19,352 nt of DNA from Candidatus Tenderia sp. (GTDB lineage: Bacteria > Pseudomonadota > Gammaproteobacteria > Tenderiales > Tenderiaceae): assembly GCA_031416075.1 (NCBI GenBank), contig JANOSY010000028.1, positions 1 to 19,352 of the forward strand. Reading direction: 5' to 3'. The translations under genes were made by a program, and so were the position numbers. The notes beneath the pieces are model-generated. The model saw nothing but the letters and a program-made list of their open reading frames with translations, had not been told where the DNA came from and ran no database searches. Numbering within the stretch: position 1 is the stretch's first letter; each line of letters opens with the position of its first letter. Positions 18,901 through 19,352 of the stretch are shown one piece after another.

Positions 18901-19020
18901 GGCGGGCTGCACCGCCAGCTGACCACCACCAAAACGGATGTTACCGTCTGCGGCATAGACAACTGACGCACCGACAGCCAACACCACCCCTGCCATGCGG
19001 CTGAGTTTCCTGATATCCAT
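12979..19020 (-). CDS. Rhs/YD-repeat polymorphic toxin: signal peptide, inactive transglutaminase-like domain, DUF6531-like domain, YD repeats, Rhs core, C-terminal toxin
   Basis: MDIRKLSRMAGVVLAVGASVVYA|A signal; GDPIDMANG...PLGKGWTHN; many YD/GR repeats; core RFRYTGQ...YYYKARIYSPALGRFLQTDPIG...NLYGYVGNDPVNLTDPTG. AGGGGA RBS upstream. Confidence 0.96.
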   Translation of the reverse strand: MDIRKLSRMAGVVLAVGASVVYAADGNIRFGGGQLAVQPAQAAQSQASALGAKQPVAPESPQPGVNRAIMPPVTPAESERAIRSRPVPANLNQGSTDGTLQTLATAAPVGPASIAELARALKNNPDLIYEYVRNNIEYYPVWGVQKGAVGAILDNQGTAYDQAALMVSLLRQAGYTASYVKGRINLTAAQVNTWLGVDTSNVCAVINLLSQGQIPIASVTATAAGSCPGSTAALVSMKIDHVWVKATIGGIAYYFDPSYKPHTLKSGIDLAAATGYNAASYLTAAKTGTTVTADYVQGINRPNIRTNLTSYATNLTNYLRSNKPAGTLEDVVGGMTITPHSGANLRQTVLPYQDTAVALTEWTTDIPANYRPTLRMQYQGIDTTYTSDALYGKRLSITYNASNQPVLMLDGVSQAIGTAITPGTNANVTFTVTHGAYASTYANQNFTQSIKAGGTFLIGNGWGTAGRGLVEQYRTQLDNAKAAGNADTSEAVLGSTLAVLSATWIAQVNQADYINDRLAKTNTLFHHQIGIAGYNTSPYVDLPGNMLSVVSQSADTAKESAAFFSAAMHSSIFESTAVQQIAGVSAVSTVKLIDIAAINNERFYDAKLANYATAVQPNLVSCAAWQPTFQAAVNAGRRLILPARCNITENSWSGAGYFNILVSGTSTSIGAIIGGGLAGGFASEILAPTIFDDNGLNFSISPNELIQTFPYQTFGDPIDMANGHYLYARSDITTGVGAFPLSLNFEKLYSSGLRTQSGPLGKGWTHNLAASTTVGSDGFQGLGEDSALDAVTSIVEKMVSFDLLSDVAKPLDKMVIATLGQRWFGDQLLSNTVIVRQGLNGEVFVKLPDGTYNAPPGNAAKLIKNADTSYSYETLNKARLNFNTAGKIATYLHPSGVQANFTYTGNDLTHVANSLGRSLTLTNTTGRVTQVADGARNVKYLYDASGNLATFTDATARNTTFQYDLPGRMTKLYYPSTPAVAFLTNVYDTLGRVQTQTNANGKLYTYYFAGWRSEEVGPGNISRVSYLNGLGKVTKRIDPLGRATTTTYDGQSRPVSTVLPEGNSATYVYDDAPCAAQKRCTHNVKTITQIPKAGSGLVNLVTNTTYESTFNKVASVTDPRGKLTTFTYTAQGNPLTVLAPADAAGVQPTTTYGYIAYTPAGFPTFYLQSSVTSKSSATATVVTTTSYNTANKYVPATAVVDSGTGTLNLTTSFTYDGFGNLTQLNGPRSDVTDTVTYAYDAERRVTQTTNALGKLTRQAYDADGRVIRSAAQIGTQWLVSCSTYTNSGKLLKAWGPGQTALDTTCPTAAAPVAVADYLYDDLDRPLRVTENLTAGEGGNRISETVYNADDSVQSVKRAVGTTLAQTYATYTYTVNGLPATVKDAKNNLTTYQYDGHDRKLKTLYPNPTTVNSSSATDYEQYGFDANGNVTSVRKRNGQTVTLAYDNLNRLLTRSYPTVADNVSFSYDLLGRRTAANYANASYGISYAWDNAGRLTSTSAGGKTMAYQYDPAGNRTRQTWPETSFYVTTTYDALNRPTALLELGATTLASYAYDDLSRRTTVTRGNGLTTTGYGYTTQSALASLGHNLTGTAQDVTHTYSRNQAQEITGHSWNNDLYQWTGYTNGARSYTANGLNQYTAAAGATLGYDTNGNLSGDGVWSYGYDTDNRLKSATKTGLTATLAYDAEGRLRQTVIGGSTTNLLYDGVDLAAEYDSVGNVLRRYVHGPGIDEPLVWYEGSTTTNKSWFYADHLGSIVATANSAGTSTATYTYGPYGEPNVTTGVRFRYTGQQLLGQLNLYYYKARIYSPALGRFLQTDPIGYADDMNLYGYVGNDPVNLTDPTGNCPSCVIGAFIGGGLDLGIQLYSNGGSFSDVSWTSVGVSAGLGAVGAGIASKINTVNKLGEINKLTNTGRNLVTSGAEPKFTSAISQNVTKAEANQLGRSFTSQGGQYSYRAPALKKTGSTQANFESSIPKLSGKPNIITNIHANVTPLGTQVGEGILGGTIGGTVGSFVGK

Positions 19021-19086
19021 ATCCGTTTCCCCTGACTAGCCCGCAGACCCTGTGGCTGCACACTTAAATGTCCACTACATCCCTAT

Positions 19087-19155
19087 CGGCTGGCGTTGAA
19101 ACGCCAAGCCGCTGTTCATTTTTAGTACGTGATTGCTGCGGCGTCTCCACGCCGC
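19087..19155. promoter_or_regulatory. Two GC-rich stem-loops between the mini-YD gene and rhs
   Basis: GCGGCGT-CTCC-ACGCCGC (19138-19155) and CGGC-TGGCGT-TGAA-ACGCCA-A-GCCG (19087-19111). Neither has a U-tract in the sense direction. Confidence 0.45.
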
Positions 19156-19160
19156 GCGGT

Positions 19161-19352
19161 TTAAATCGGTGCGCCGGTTACCGTGTAACTGGTACGGTTG
19201 CCCGCCGCATCGTATACATAGGTGATCACCACCCCATTGCCATAACTGGCCGTGGCGAGCCGACCCAGAGTGTCGTAGGTGTAGGCCACGGAACCTGCCT
19301 GGATAGCGCCAGACAACAGGGTCAGTACCGCCCCCAGCATCAGTCGCTTCAT
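19161..19352 (-). CDS. Small secreted YD/RHS-repeat protein (signal peptide plus two YD units)
   Basis: MKRLMLGAVLTLLSGAIQA|GSV signal, then YTYDTLGRL...Y and YVYDAAGNRT. The paralog at 11761-11892 differs mostly at synonymous sites, which supports coding status. The ATG is at the window edge. Confidence 0.9.
   Translation of the reverse strand: MKRLMLGAVLTLLSGAIQAGSVAYTYDTLGRLATASYGNGVVITYVYDAAGNRTSYTVTGAPI

Overview
An accessory polymorphic-toxin island, nearly all on the minus strand. In transcription order (right to left): a 63-aa signal-peptide plus YD-repeat mini-protein; a 2013-aa Rhs toxin (Sec signal peptide, catalytically dead transglutaminase-like domain, DUF6531-like domain, YD shell, Rhs core, Ntox7-like C-terminal toxin); an Imm8-like immunity gene; a second putative immunity gene; a decayed second mini-YD/rhs-start module fused to an IS3 remnant; and an apparently intact Xps-type type II secretion operon (gspE-F-G-H-I-J-L-M-C/N-D-K). 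At the left end, an inverted 3' fragment of a second imm8 copy overlaps the gspK stop and is cut by an IS4-family element, which is itself interrupted by an IS630-family element. No T6SS genes (PAAR/VgrG/Eag) occur in the window. The main hypothesis is a Sec-exported, disulfide-bonded Rhs toxin released by a dedicated T2SS with a small YD-repeat partner. Family assignments come from motif recognition, not from searches.
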